Virus record (IMG/VR): IMGVR_UViG_3300012943_000029
Location: 66,176 to 130,175 of that record
Strand: one strand, 5' to 3'
Length of the DNA stretch: 64,000 bases
DNA from: a virus
In this document: positions 1 through 9,328 of the stretch, piece by piece
Layout: each line of letters starts with the position of its first letter
How positions within the stretch are numbered: position 1 is the stretch's first letter
Position numbers and translations under genes: made by a program
The notes under the pieces: model-generated
What the model saw: only the letters and a program-made list of their open reading frames with translations
Told to the model about the DNA's origin: nothing
Databases searched by the model: none

Positions 1-36
1 GGTTGGTTGTAGAACGATTTCGTCCTTAGCGGTCAT
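1..36 (-). CDS. 5' end of a gene running off the window (MTAKDEIVLQPT...)
   Basis: ATG at 36 with GGAG RBS at 43-46 and a TAAATA box at 110-115. Confidence 0.6.
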   Translation of the reverse strand, partial: MTAKDEIVLQPT

Positions 37-109
37 GAGTATCTCCTTTGGTATTTGGGGATAACGTGCGCACGTTTTGAAGAACCCCATGCCGTGGTCG
101 GCACCTGAT

Positions 110-115
110 TATTTA
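110..115 (-). promoter_or_regulatory. T4-late-like promoter TAAATA inside an inverted repeat
   Basis: Intergenic TAAATA enclosed by ACCTGA (103-108) / TCAGGT (129-134). Confidence 0.55.
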
Positions 116-138
116 TCGATTGGAGATGTCAGGTTGAC

Positions 139-459
139 CTACTGATTGACCAGGTTTACCCACGCTTCGTGTATGTCGGGGTCTTGCTCAGTGATTGAGC
201 GAAGGAGAACAGCGCACTCATCCATGGTCATGCGATCAGCGATGCTGCGCAGCATCGCCTTAGGAGCTTCGATCTGCTCGAACGTGCAGATCTCAAGCTC
301 GTAACGGTCCTTGTCTACGGCGCTGATGAAGCCGGATACCTCGTCAGTATCGTTGTCACGATGAACAAACTGCCCAGGCCTGGCGTTTTCGAAGTTGTCT
401 TCACTCATCCGCAGGCGGTAGCGCTGCGTCATTGTTGGTGTGATGTCTTGGAGCTTCAT
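139..459 (-). CDS. hypothetical protein (MKLQDITP...)
   Basis: ORF; start overlaps the stop of the upstream small ORF (TGATG). Confidence 0.7.
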   Translation of the reverse strand: MKLQDITPTMTQRYRLRMSEDNFENARPGQFVHRDNDTDEVSGFISAVDKDRYELEICTFEQIEAPKAMLRSIADRMTMDECAVLLRSITEQDPDIHEAWVNLVNQ

Positions 460-629
460 CAGTTCAGTTTTCCTATCTCGCTTTCGGGCACGACATACCA
501 ACCCTCAAAATCCGGGTTGGTTTCATTCTCGGCAAACCACAGCCGCCCCTCACTTTCAGTCTCGAAGATCTGCCTGATTGTACCAACGCTGTGCTCAACG
601 TCAATAGGCTGAATGAGAAAGTACCGCAC
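459..629 (-). CDS. small hypothetical protein, 56 aa (MRYFLIQPIDVEHSVGTIRQIFE...), absent from the ORF track
   Basis: GTG start overlaps the rnh stop and its TGA overlaps the next ATG, filling the gap exactly. Confidence 0.6.
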   Translation of the reverse strand: MRYFLIQPIDVEHSVGTIRQIFETESEGRLWFAENETNPDFEGWYVVPESEIGKLN

Positions 630-1627
630 TAGAACGCAATGAGCGCGGCCTTGCGGTGCACTTCCCTTGTCTCATCCTTGAGTGGTGAACGCTGACCAGT
701 TCGGCTGAAGAGGTCGGCAAATGATGCTGAGTTCTCAGCGATCTGGTTTAGGCCGTACTTGCCGCAGAACTTCGTGAAGTGGAAGTGGGAGAACTTACCA
801 TGGTGAACGAGCTCATGATCAAGGGTGGTCTTGATGACGCCCTTGATATGCTCTGGCTGGCCACTGAGGTCCATGAGCAGCATGTTCTCTTCGAACAGCT
901 CGTTGACCTTGAAGATGGTCTCGGCACCCGTGTCAGGATCCTTGAAGCTCCACGTCTCATTCATGATCTTCATGAGCTCATAGTCGTCCTCGATGCACTT
1001 GTGAAGGCGCTTCTTGAGAACGCGTGGGTAGGCTGGGAAAACGTTGTCGCCCTTGTCACCGCGGAATGCTTTCTCAAACATGAAAAAGAGGGCGTCGTCA
1101 GTGCCACATACGCTTTCAACGGTGCGTGGCTTGCCAGTATCCGGGTTGATGAGCTGGAAGTTGTCGAACTTCCACAGCTGCACGAAGTCCTTGTCGCCTG
1201 AGACACCAATCACGTCATCGCCTGCGGCGGTGAAGCGCTCAACATAGCCGGCAAAGAGGTCGTCGCCCTCAAGCACCGGGTTTGAGAGGCAGACGAGCGA
1301 GGTGTGATTGCGAACGAGGTCCTCGAACGACTTGATGAGCTCAAAGAACGGGATCATCGAAGCGTCCTTAACGCGGTTTGCCTTGTACACCCGCTTCGAC
1401 ACGCACTGGCTGGACTTGGTGTAGTCCTTGCGCCAGTTGTTGGCACCTTCAAAGGTGAGAGCAATTTGATCTGGGCGGTACTGCTTGTAGTACTTGTTGA
1501 GCGAGTTCAACGCCATGTGCAGGGCAAGGCCAGCCTTCTGCTCTGGCGTTCCTTCAGAGTTGTACTTGCCATGAGCGGCAGCTACCCTGAAGAGAAGGTT
1601 CGCTGTGTCAACTACCATGCGCTTCAT
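629..1627 (-). CDS. rnh: T4-type RNase H / 5'-3' exonuclease (PIN/FEN fold)
   Basis: VVDTAN, YKANR, LEGDD, SGDKDFVQL, GDKGDNV motifs; replication context. Confidence 0.9.
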   Translation of the reverse strand: MKRMVVDTANLLFRVAAAHGKYNSEGTPEQKAGLALHMALNSLNKYYKQYRPDQIALTFEGANNWRKDYTKSSQCVSKRVYKANRVKDASMIPFFELIKSFEDLVRNHTSLVCLSNPVLEGDDLFAGYVERFTAAGDDVIGVSGDKDFVQLWKFDNFQLINPDTGKPRTVESVCGTDDALFFMFEKAFRGDKGDNVFPAYPRVLKKRLHKCIEDDYELMKIMNETWSFKDPDTGAETIFKVNELFEENMLLMDLSGQPEHIKGVIKTTLDHELVHHGKFSHFHFTKFCGKYGLNQIAENSASFADLFSRTGQRSPLKDETREVHRKAALIAF

Positions 1628-2031
1628 GAAAGCTTCCTTGGAAAGAGGGCAGACTTGGCTTCAGCTGACAGCTTGTCAACGAGCTGCTCAAACATTGCTC
1701 TTGCGATATTCTCATGTACATTTCGAAGCAGCACCATCTCGTCAACTTCGAGGACCACGTCATGCAGTCTCCCGTTGATCTTGTAGATGATGCGCATTTG
1801 AGTGTTCGGCCCCTTCGCTGGGTCCCATACGCGCATCGCGTCAGCTCTAACTACGCGAACTTCGTTGTCAGCGCCGAGGTCAACTGCCACAGCACCGGCA
1901 AGTTCCTCGCTTGCTTTCTCCCTCACCTCACCGTAGAGGCGGGCAGCATCTGCCGTGTCGTGTGGCAGCATCTTGAAGGTGTTGTTGACCGTGGTTCGGC
2001 CGCCTTCGTGAAGGTGAAGTCTGTCAAACAT
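1624..2031 (-). CDS. hypothetical protein
   Basis: ORF with 4-nt overlap to rnh. Confidence 0.7.
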   Translation of the reverse strand: MFDRLHLHEGGRTTVNNTFKMLPHDTADAARLYGEVREKASEELAGAVAVDLGADNEVRVVRADAMRVWDPAKGPNTQMRIIYKINGRLHDVVLEVDEMVLLRNVHENIARAMFEQLVDKLSAEAKSALFPRKLS

Positions 2032-2032
2032 G

Positions 2033-2338
2033 TTAGCCTCGTACGAACTTGTTCGCCTCGTGTGTCAGGTTTGGCGTCGCCTCAGGGCTGACGGCATCCT
2101 CCTGTACCATGTCCTCTGGGACCATGCGCATCTGAAGGAAGAACAGTTGAACCGTTTCTTCGTCAGTCGTGCCACCCATTCCAAGGGTCTTGAGGTTCTC
2201 AATGAATGCCTTGTTGGCGCTGATAGAGAACTCTACGCGGCCTTCCTTGGTTGGGCCAGAAGTTTCGAAGCAGGCCCATGGCTTCTTTGAGCGCCATGAG
2301 ACAAACTCCTTTAGTGTGAGCAGCCAGCTTCTCTTCAT
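2033..2338 (-). CDS. hypothetical protein (MKRSWLL...)
   Basis: ORF; ATGA overlap with the upstream gene. Confidence 0.7.
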   Translation of the reverse strand: MKRSWLLTLKEFVSWRSKKPWACFETSGPTKEGRVEFSISANKAFIENLKTLGMGGTTDEETVQLFFLQMRMVPEDMVQEDAVSPEATPNLTHEANKFVRG

Positions 2339-2715
2339 GTTGGTAGACCTCTGCCACGCATCTTGATGGCGTTCTCGAGCGCGCGAGCAATGGTTGGCGC
2401 GATCTCGTTCTTGATTTGTTCCTTGTACAAGCGCTCCCACGCCATCTCAACAAGGTTGGCGATGAGCGTATCAGGGTCGTCAGCAAACTTGTCGAGCTCC
2501 TGCGGCACTACGTTGTACACGAAACCCGTCTTGTTGTTCTTCGCCACGCTGATGAGCAGCGTCTGCCCATCCTGAGCACCCTGAACCAGGGAGGTTGCTA
2601 CGTAGAGCTTCCACTTGGCAAGCTCGGTAGTAAGCTCAATGAGCCTCGCGTCGAGCTGCTTCAGCTTGGTCATAGTAGAGGTAAGGTCGCTAGAACGAAT
2701 GATGTCCATTGTCAT
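2335..2715 (-). CDS. hypothetical protein
   Basis: ORF in tightly packed operon. Confidence 0.7.
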   Translation of the reverse strand: MTMDIIRSSDLTSTMTKLKQLDARLIELTTELAKWKLYVATSLVQGAQDGQTLLISVAKNNKTGFVYNVVPQELDKFADDPDTLIANLVEMAWERLYKEQIKNEIAPTIARALENAIKMRGRGLPT

Positions 2716-2720
2716 CTTGA

Positions 2721-3443
2721 TTACTCCTCGATGTCTTCGTTGATTTTGGGCATCAGCACTACGAGGTGTCCGTTAACCTCAGCGTTGATGGTGCCTGCAG
2801 CGCCTATTACTATGCTCACTGGGTCGGCGTCGGTGGTACGCATAACGGCGTGGAACACGTCGGCATGGTAGTAGTGAACAACGGTATCGCTGTTCTCAAT
2901 AAGAAACTCTGCTGACGCTTCAAGCGTCGAGCTGAAGGCGTCATTCGTGGCATCAGCCAGGCTCACCTGAACCGTGCCATCCTTCTTGATGACCAGCGTA
3001 AGGGTCTTTCCAGCCATCACCTTGATAGCGCTGAGAAGAAGCTTCAGCTCTTCCTGCGAGAAGACGATCGTGTAAGCTGGCGTGTCGTTGATGCTCTTCG
3101 GCGCCTTGATGAGGGCCGTCGACGTGCAACGGAACTGGACCTTGTTGCGACCAGCCACGATCTCGAGCGAGCCAATCTCACCGCGTTCAGTCTCCTTGGC
3201 CTCAATGACGGTCGCTGCATTGCCACTGAACAGCTCGAGCCGTGCCTTCAGCATTGACAGACGGGCGAGGCCCATCTTCTGAGGCAGCTTCGGCACGTTG
3301 TGCTCTGAGATGATGACGAAGGTTCTGCCCTCGTTCACACCTCTTACAACCCCATCGTCAATGACTAGAGCCTCAATACCACCGACCGCTGCGGTTGCAA
3401 GGATGTTTGAGATGTTTGAGATGTCTTGGTTTGAAAGCTTCAT
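2721..3443 (-). CDS. DNA polymerase sliding clamp (gp45-like)
   Basis: 240 aa, MKLS start, clamp-like alternating beta pattern, C-terminal VVLMP, near the polymerase. Confidence 0.65.
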   Translation of the reverse strand: MKLSNQDISNISNILATAAVGGIEALVIDDGVVRGVNEGRTFVIISEHNVPKLPQKMGLARLSMLKARLELFSGNAATVIEAKETERGEIGSLEIVAGRNKVQFRCTSTALIKAPKSINDTPAYTIVFSQEELKLLLSAIKVMAGKTLTLVIKKDGTVQVSLADATNDAFSSTLEASAEFLIENSDTVVHYYHADVFHAVMRTTDADPVSIVIGAAGTINAEVNGHLVVLMPKINEDIEE

Positions 3444-3706
3444 GTCCGTCTCTGTCTGAGGGCTGCGTTAAATTTCAACTTTGGTGCGTAGATGGCGACG
3501 CCTGCGACTAAGCCCGTGCGCTTACCTTCGTCGTCGAGCTCCCACTCAATCTCAAGGCCTGTCGTGATGGCCTCAACGGTTGTGCGGCAGTCCTTCACGT
3601 GAACTCGCATCATGCCGAGGTTCTCATCGTAGTAGGCAACAGGCTCGAAGTCCTGCGCCTGCTTAAGAAGATCGCCTAGCTCTAGGAACTTTAGCTTCAT
3701 GATCAA
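3440..3706 (-). CDS. hypothetical protein
   Basis: ORF overlapping both neighbours by 4 nt. Confidence 0.65.
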   Translation of the reverse strand: MIMKLKFLELGDLLKQAQDFEPVAYYDENLGMMRVHVKDCRTTVEAITTGLEIEWELDDEGKRTGLVAGVAIYAPKLKFNAALRQRRT

Positions 3707-6507
3707 AACTCCAAGATGCTGTTCGTCAGCACCGACTGCGGAGATGGAACGTCCTTGCCGATCGCCCTGAAGATACCCTCAAGCTTGTTGTCAAACATGC
3801 GGGTCTCGGTCTTCTTGATATCGACGGCAAAATTCTCGGTGAACCATTTCGGAAACTTGGTGAACTCAGACGGGAAAGCAACGGCGTCATAGCCATGCTG
3901 GTTCGGCTTGAGGTAGAACACAAGCACCTTATCGCCAGCGCGGATAGGCTTTGCTCCCTTGTCGATGGAGTTGAGCAGCGCATTGTAGTTCAGCGCGGCC
4001 CTCACGTGTCCAGGAACGGTGAGCTTGTTGCCGTTCGAAGCGCGCATTGAACCTGGTGCATTGTACTCAGCGAGGAAGCTCTCCAGGTTATTTACCTGCT
4101 TGGCGACCCCTAGAAGGAACAGGTTGTCCTTCTTCTTGACGATGTCCTTACGCTGCGAGTTGACGAAGGTCGCCACCTCGTCGTACGACTTACCATCGAG
4201 GATCATGTCGACTGTCGTCTTGATGAACTTCTGAATGATCTTAGGTGTGTCAGCCTTCTTGATCTCAGAGCCCTGTGTTTTCATGTCCTTGCCCGGCTTC
4301 GGCGCAAACCCTTCCTTGTCGACGATCTTCACCATGTACTTCTTCTTGGCCTGGAAGAGGCCACGTACACCGACGATCTCGCGACCAGCTGAGATGAGCT
4401 CGTCAAATTCTGGCTGGCAGTTGAAGGCGCTGCGCATGAACGCTGGGAAGCTTTGGTTCGCTACCTCGGCAACGTCGTCTGCGATCTTGATCGCCGTGTC
4501 CTTGTCAGTTGCACCTACACACTGGTAGTAGCAGCTGTCAGTGTCACCGTAGATGATGGCGTTGGAGAACACCCACTCTTTGCCGTCGTGCATGAGCGGC
4601 TTGTAGATTGAGCTACCGCCGATAGATGACGACTTCGGCAGTGAAAGCCAACCGTCGATGATGTTCATGACTGCCTCAGCGCTTTTCTTGTTGTCATCTG
4701 TGATGACGCGCTTGTCAAGCTTATGCTTGTTGCCAGTCAAGCTCTCGCCGATTGTCTCGATCATATGCGTGGTGATGGCACGGCCTGTCGCCGTGACAGA
4801 TGCACCCATGCGTTCGTCGCCGAAACGAAACGCGATATTCAAAAGAGCGCCGTACAGGCTGTTCATCGAAATCTTTTTGGTGAGCTGAAGAAGGTCGTAA
4901 TGCTCTTCTTGGCGCTTCGCTTCCTCTTTTTCTGGTCCGTCGGGAAGCTGCTCGAACTTCTTTGCCCACTTCTTTTGTTCAGCCTGTAGGCGCTTACGCT
5001 CTGTGTACCAATAGCCAAGGATGTCAGCGACGACGCCCTTGCCTTTACCTTGATCGAATACCGTGCCATAGGCCGAGATGGCCCACTTCTGTTCAATGAG
5101 AGCCGCCTTCCACTCGTCGGCAGTGGCCATGTGCTGCTCGCCGCTCTCAAGTGTGAGGCAGAGGCGAACGCTTCCACCGTCCCTAATGGCCGCCCATGCA
5201 TCTTCACCAGCCTCGAACTGACCGACGATCATCTCAGGTGAGATGTTGAGAGAGCGGATGGTGTTCGGGTACAGTGACTTGATGTCGACTGAGCCGAGCC
5301 ACACGTGAAGGCCAATGTTTGGGTTGAGAACGATGGCGCCCTCTACCTTCTCATTGTCCTGGATCTTCTTGTCGTGAACGATCTTGTTCAGCTTGTAGTG
5401 CGCGTGGTTGGCAATGCCAGTCTCCACGTAACCCACTGTTCCTAGCACGGCATCAAAGTGAACCGTGTTCTCATGTGCCATCTGGTTGGCGAGGGCTATG
5501 AACTTGAACTTGCTGTCGAGCTGCACGATACCATCGACGTCGCGGAAGTTGTAGGCGACGAACGTTGGGAAGTCGTTGTGGTACAGCTGCTCGAGGGTTC
5601 CATCATACTCAAGCTTACCAACGCCGACCTCTTCTTGGAGGATGTTGCCTAGCGAGTATGAGACGCGACCTTCGAAGGTGAACTTTTGGAAGAGGCGCAT
5701 GTAGTCAAGGTGACTACGGCCTGAGAACTTCCACACTGGCTCCTCGGAACCGTAGCGGTTGACCATCTCTTTCTTTGGCGGCTTGACGCCGATATGGTCC
5801 AGCTTCTGCAGCAGCGGCTCTCCGCCTGCCTTGACTAAGCGCTCGCAGAGATACGGGATATCGAAGAACTCTGAGTTCCAGCCGGAGATGATATCGGCAT
5901 CAGCGATGGATGCCACGAACTTGTGGAGCAGTTCTATCTCGTCGCCGACTATGACGATCTTAGGAACATGGCCAGCGCGCAGCTGCTTGCTTTCAGTTAG
6001 CTCAGCTATCTTGTCTTCGAGATCTTTGACGGTGCCAGTGAACTCTGGCGGTGCGACGACGTACGTAAGGTACTTCTTCGTCCACGACTGGTAGATCGTG
6101 ATGGCGTTAATTGGGGCGTATGGGTCCATTGGACCAGCGAAGCCCATGCTCTGCTGATAGTCTACCTCGATGTCGAGGAACGCGTAGTGGACGAGTGGTG
6201 ATGGGCGATCGTAGTAGTAGTCCATCAGCACGCGCTTGAGCGGTGCGATGTCACTCTCAAACCTATGACCCTCAGGGAACATCCGCTTGGCTTGCTCAAA
6301 CTGATCGCGGCTATCGAACTCAGCGCGTGTCAGCTTGTCACCAAAGATTGAGGTGTACGGACCCTCATCATCTTTGATGTAGAAGTAGTATGGCGGGTTG
6401 TAGCGCACTCGATGGAGCTTTCCGTCATGATCGCGTTCGAGAACAACGATCTTGTCGGCGTTCCAATCGACCCACGCCGCAACGTAGTTGCGTTTGGTAT
6501 CGGTCAT
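3703..6507 (-). CDS. family B DNA polymerase (gp43-like) with 3'-5' exonuclease
   Basis: ExoI DIE, ExoII WNSEFFD, ExoIII YNFRD; motif A DIKSLYP, motif B KISMNSLYG, motif C YGDTDS. Confidence 0.97.
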   Translation of the reverse strand: MTDTKRNYVAAWVDWNADKIVVLERDHDGKLHRVRYNPPYYFYIKDDEGPYTSIFGDKLTRAEFDSRDQFEQAKRMFPEGHRFESDIAPLKRVLMDYYYDRPSPLVHYAFLDIEVDYQQSMGFAGPMDPYAPINAITIYQSWTKKYLTYVVAPPEFTGTVKDLEDKIAELTESKQLRAGHVPKIVIVGDEIELLHKFVASIADADIISGWNSEFFDIPYLCERLVKAGGEPLLQKLDHIGVKPPKKEMVNRYGSEEPVWKFSGRSHLDYMRLFQKFTFEGRVSYSLGNILQEEVGVGKLEYDGTLEQLYHNDFPTFVAYNFRDVDGIVQLDSKFKFIALANQMAHENTVHFDAVLGTVGYVETGIANHAHYKLNKIVHDKKIQDNEKVEGAIVLNPNIGLHVWLGSVDIKSLYPNTIRSLNISPEMIVGQFEAGEDAWAAIRDGGSVRLCLTLESGEQHMATADEWKAALIEQKWAISAYGTVFDQGKGKGVVADILGYWYTERKRLQAEQKKWAKKFEQLPDGPEKEEAKRQEEHYDLLQLTKKISMNSLYGALLNIAFRFGDERMGASVTATGRAITTHMIETIGESLTGNKHKLDKRVITDDNKKSAEAVMNIIDGWLSLPKSSSIGGSSIYKPLMHDGKEWVFSNAIIYGDTDSCYYQCVGATDKDTAIKIADDVAEVANQSFPAFMRSAFNCQPEFDELISAGREIVGVRGLFQAKKKYMVKIVDKEGFAPKPGKDMKTQGSEIKKADTPKIIQKFIKTTVDMILDGKSYDEVATFVNSQRKDIVKKKDNLFLLGVAKQVNNLESFLAEYNAPGSMRASNGNKLTVPGHVRAALNYNALLNSIDKGAKPIRAGDKVLVFYLKPNQHGYDAVAFPSEFTKFPKWFTENFAVDIKKTETRMFDNKLEGIFRAIGKDVPSPQSVLTNSILEF

Positions 6508-6515
6508 GGTCTTCC

Positions 6516-6562
6516 TCTGGTGCGCAGTGCGACTTTGTAGGTCGGTATTTACTGCGCCCAGA
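6516..6562 (-). promoter_or_regulatory. hairpin abutting the polymerase RBS, containing TAAATA (6546-6551)
   Basis: mRNA UCUGG-GCGCAGU...ACUGCGC-A-CCAGA stem with inner CGAC/GUCG; the 3' arm runs into the AGAGGA SD. Confidence 0.6.
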
Positions 6563-6576
6563 ACCAGTGAGTGATC

Positions 6577-6915
6577 TTACTCGTCGTCCTTCGAGTGAGT
6601 AAGCTGATTGTCAGTCTGCATCAGGGTCTCGATGACCGTCTCAAGCTGTTCAAGCTCTTCGCGCTTCTGCTCGAAGTTGTTGTTGAAGAACAGGGAGACG
6701 ATTGAGTTGAAGATTTTCGGCTGAATTCCGAGCTCTTCGATGGCGGCGGTGCGAATACCCTTGATGCTTTCGTTCTCATCGAGGATCTTCATCTTGCAGC
6801 GCACTGTCTCGTCGACATAGCTCTGCAGCTTGGTGCGCTGAGATGGGTTCTTCAGGATCTCGGCGACATCAGTGAATGATTTGCGGCCCTGCTTGGCCAG
6901 CTGGTTCTTCGGCAT
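6577..6915 (-). CDS. T4 DsbA-like double-stranded DNA binding protein
   Basis: Helical 112 aa; IKGIRTAAIEELGIQPKIFN pattern resembles T4 DsbA; replication context. Confidence 0.6.
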   Translation of the reverse strand: MPKNQLAKQGRKSFTDVAEILKNPSQRTKLQSYVDETVRCKMKILDENESIKGIRTAAIEELGIQPKIFNSIVSLFFNNNFEQKREELEQLETVIETLMQTDNQLTHSKDDE

Positions 6916-6955
6916 TATGCTCTCCTATGGGATTTGTTATGTAGAGCGTGTGTAG

Positions 6956-6984
6956 ATTATACCACGCGCAGCGTCAGCGTAAAC
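6956..6984 (-). promoter_or_regulatory. T4-early-like sigma70 promoter GTTTAC-N17-TATAAT with extended -10
   Basis: Exact motif in intergenic DNA upstream of the dsbA-like gene. Confidence 0.7.
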
Positions 6985-6989
6985 AACAA

Positions 6990-7403
6990 TCACTCGGTAA
7001 TCAGTTCTACCTTGAGTGATGCAACGTTGATCGCTGACTTGATCTGACCAACGATGTGATACTTGAGCGTCGCTTTCTTCAGCTCTTCTGGATCAGCGAC
7101 GTACACTCGCAGGATGGTGTGCTCGTCCCATGATGCCGCGTCTGCATGCTTCTTACCGCTTTCATCAAGCGCTGGGTTGACCTTGCTGACGATCACCATG
7201 TTCTTGTCGGCTGACTTACCTTCAACACGGGTGAGGGTCATCATCAGCCCGTTCAGCGACTTCTCGCACTCCTCATAGGTCTCAAACGGCCTCGATGAGA
7301 TGTTGATCTCACCGCAGTTTGGGATCTTCGTTTTGTATGGACCTGCGCGTAGCATGCTTGCCGCGCGGCCAACCTTTACATTGTATGAGAATGCTGCTTC
7401 CAT
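6990..7403 (-). CDS. hypothetical protein
   Basis: ORF, TGATG coupling. Confidence 0.7.
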   Translation of the reverse strand: MEAAFSYNVKVGRAASMLRAGPYKTKIPNCGEINISSRPFETYEECEKSLNGLMMTLTRVEGKSADKNMVIVSKVNPALDESGKKHADAASWDEHTILRVYVADPEELKKATLKYHIVGQIKSAINVASLKVELITE

Positions 7404-7939
7404 CAGTGAACCGTAATTTTTTTCTGTGGCTTAGGGAGGGTGCCTAGTGAATAACCTTCAGTGTCGCGGTGCTTCTCGAGAATGTAGTACTGTGGGTTGA
7501 TGGCGACCTTACCTTCAACCTTAAGCTCTGCGGTCTCAACTGTCCACCTAGCTTCAACAAAATCGCCGAGAGGATCAAACAGCTCAGTGATTGGAACCAC
7601 GGCCTTACCTTGACCCATCATTTCGTGGCGAAGCTCTTCTGCTTTCTCAAGCATGGCTTCCTGCGCCACCTTCTGCTCTTCAGTTGGTTCTATCGGCTTT
7701 AGTGTAGGAAAGAATTCTGGGTTGTATGAGATGTCCGCCTTGATGTCTTCAAGGTGAACAGCTTTCAGGATGTTTCGCATGGCGTCATTCATGCCAGCTA
7801 GTGCCATCATATCATTAGCGAAATCTGAAGAGCCGATATGTATCTTCTCTATGCCGTGATCTCCGTGAACTACACCTTTTGTTGCAGCTCCTTCAACCTC
7901 GATCATGTAGAAACTTGGGATCAATTTTTCTGCAATCAT
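7403..7939 (-). CDS. hypothetical protein
   Basis: ORF, 4-nt overlap. Confidence 0.7.
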   Translation of the reverse strand: MIAEKLIPSFYMIEVEGAATKGVVHGDHGIEKIHIGSSDFANDMMALAGMNDAMRNILKAVHLEDIKADISYNPEFFPTLKPIEPTEEQKVAQEAMLEKAEELRHEMMGQGKAVVPITELFDPLGDFVEARWTVETAELKVEGKVAINPQYYILEKHRDTEGYSLGTLPKPQKKITVH

Positions 7940-9081
7940 ACTGGTCCTATGATCTTGTTTGACACAAGCCTTGTTTCAGGTGTATCGTCGGAAACAGCAT
8001 CGTCGGTCGGGAAGGTATCAGCGACGACGTAAGAGGACGCCGCGAGGTTAGAGTTGTTGATGAGCTGATACGGAGGGTAGAGCTCTAGTGTGGCACCTTC
8101 AGCAAAGAGCTCGGTGATTGCACCAGTTGCTGATGTGAGGAGGTAGTCCTCTGACAGAGCCTCGACATCAATGCTGAAGCCGAGGTAGCGGTCAGTGTTG
8201 TCATATGGTGGAGCTGCAATGAAGAAGCGCGCATTCGTGAGGGCACCGATGGAACCAACCATGAGCGTAATGCCCGTGATCTTCAGCATCGAGGCAGTCG
8301 AAAGGTTTGAAACTGACGTGCACGTGTAGAGCCACCACTTCTTTCCGCCAGCTGAACGAAGAGCGCCAGTGGCTGGGTTGTATTCATCTACCCAGCGGAT
8401 ATTGCCCCAAGATCCATGACCTGAGCTTGCAATGAACGAGTAGTTGGCAGTGAATGTGAGGACCTGTGCGACAGTCGGCGCAACACCGAACACTGAGACC
8501 ACGACAACACCTGACGTAATCGGTGTGTTGAGCGTGATAACATTCGGTGTGGCTGTGTAGTCGTTCGGTCCTACGCCCTGTTGGCGCGCGACGCCATTTA
8601 CAAGGACGTGGATCAGATCGTTGTCGATCGAGCTCTGGTCAAAGCGAAGGTTCTTTCCAGCATTGTCCTTGCCTGAGATGATTGACGTTGTTGCCGTAAC
8701 GTTGTAGAGATACTCAGTCGATGGCACGTCAGCTGACAGGCGCTGTTGAAGCTGAAGCGTGATAGTTGGGTTGCTGGCTGCCGCCGCATCATCAAGCAGC
8801 AGCGCAAGTGTGAGGGCGCCCGTGTTTGAGCACGTGAGCGCCTGCGTCTGCTTTGGTGGTACAGGTACGGTCTGACCAAGCTGTTGCCCGCGCGGATACC
8901 AATCCGTGAGGCCAGACACTGGGTCAATCGACGACGCGACAAGCGTCTCGCCTATCTTGTAGAGCGAGCCCGCACAGCCTTTCGTTATGGTGCACTGGTT
9001 CGGCAAAACACGAACATTGTCCTGGACTATGTCCTTGGTTCTGCGGCAGACAGAGCACTGGTAAGTGATGTAAGTCGTCAT
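7936..9081 (-). CDS. putative virion structural protein with N-terminal Cys motif
   Basis: CxxC...CTITKGC N-terminus, Thr/Ser-rich beta body, preceded by TAAATA. Confidence 0.55.
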   Translation of the reverse strand: MTTYITYQCSVCRRTKDIVQDNVRVLPNQCTITKGCAGSLYKIGETLVASSIDPVSGLTDWYPRGQQLGQTVPVPPKQTQALTCSNTGALTLALLLDDAAAASNPTITLQLQQRLSADVPSTEYLYNVTATTSIISGKDNAGKNLRFDQSSIDNDLIHVLVNGVARQQGVGPNDYTATPNVITLNTPITSGVVVVSVFGVAPTVAQVLTFTANYSFIASSGHGSWGNIRWVDEYNPATGALRSAGGKKWWLYTCTSVSNLSTASMLKITGITLMVGSIGALTNARFFIAAPPYDNTDRYLGFSIDVEALSEDYLLTSATGAITELFAEGATLELYPPYQLINNSNLAASSYVVADTFPTDDAVSDDTPETRLVSNKIIGPV

Positions 9082-9097
9082 GTTCTTCTATGTAGTC

Positions 9098-9126
9098 GAG
9101 CGCTTTGTATTTATGCTTCTGCGCTC
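9098..9126 (-). promoter_or_regulatory. late promoter TAAATA (9108-9113) in the loop of a GAGCGC/GCGCTC hairpin
   Basis: Perfect 6-bp inverted repeat around the box. Confidence 0.6.
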
Positions 9127-9136
9127 ACGTAAAATA

Positions 9137-9328
9137 TCAAGAGGCTGGTGGTTCCACAACGTACAGAATAGCTGGATCAACCCACTTTTTCCAATCGAAC
9201 GTTGGGTCAGTCGGCGTGATCTCAACGAGGACCATCTCCTTCGTCTTGCCACCAGCAAGCTTTAGCACGCGCTTCGCCGTTCTGCCCGTCTGCTTCACCT
9301 CGGCGCTGTCAAATACGTAGGTTGTCAT
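9137..9328 (-). CDS. hypothetical protein
   Basis: 63 aa ORF, coupled start. Confidence 0.65.
   Translation of the reverse strand: MTTYVFDSAEVKQTGRTAKRVLKLAGGKTKEMVLVEITPTDPTFDWKKWVDPAILYVVEPPAS

Noticed and set aside
577-604. Sigma70 promoter TTGACG-N16-TACAAT
   Set aside because: Lies inside a well-coupled 56-aa ORF and has a 16-bp spacer; possible but unsupported.
3703-6507. Intein or intron in the polymerase (extra sequence between motifs B and C)
   Set aside because: The insert is short, with no intein N-terminal or HN-C/S/T splice motifs and no frame break.
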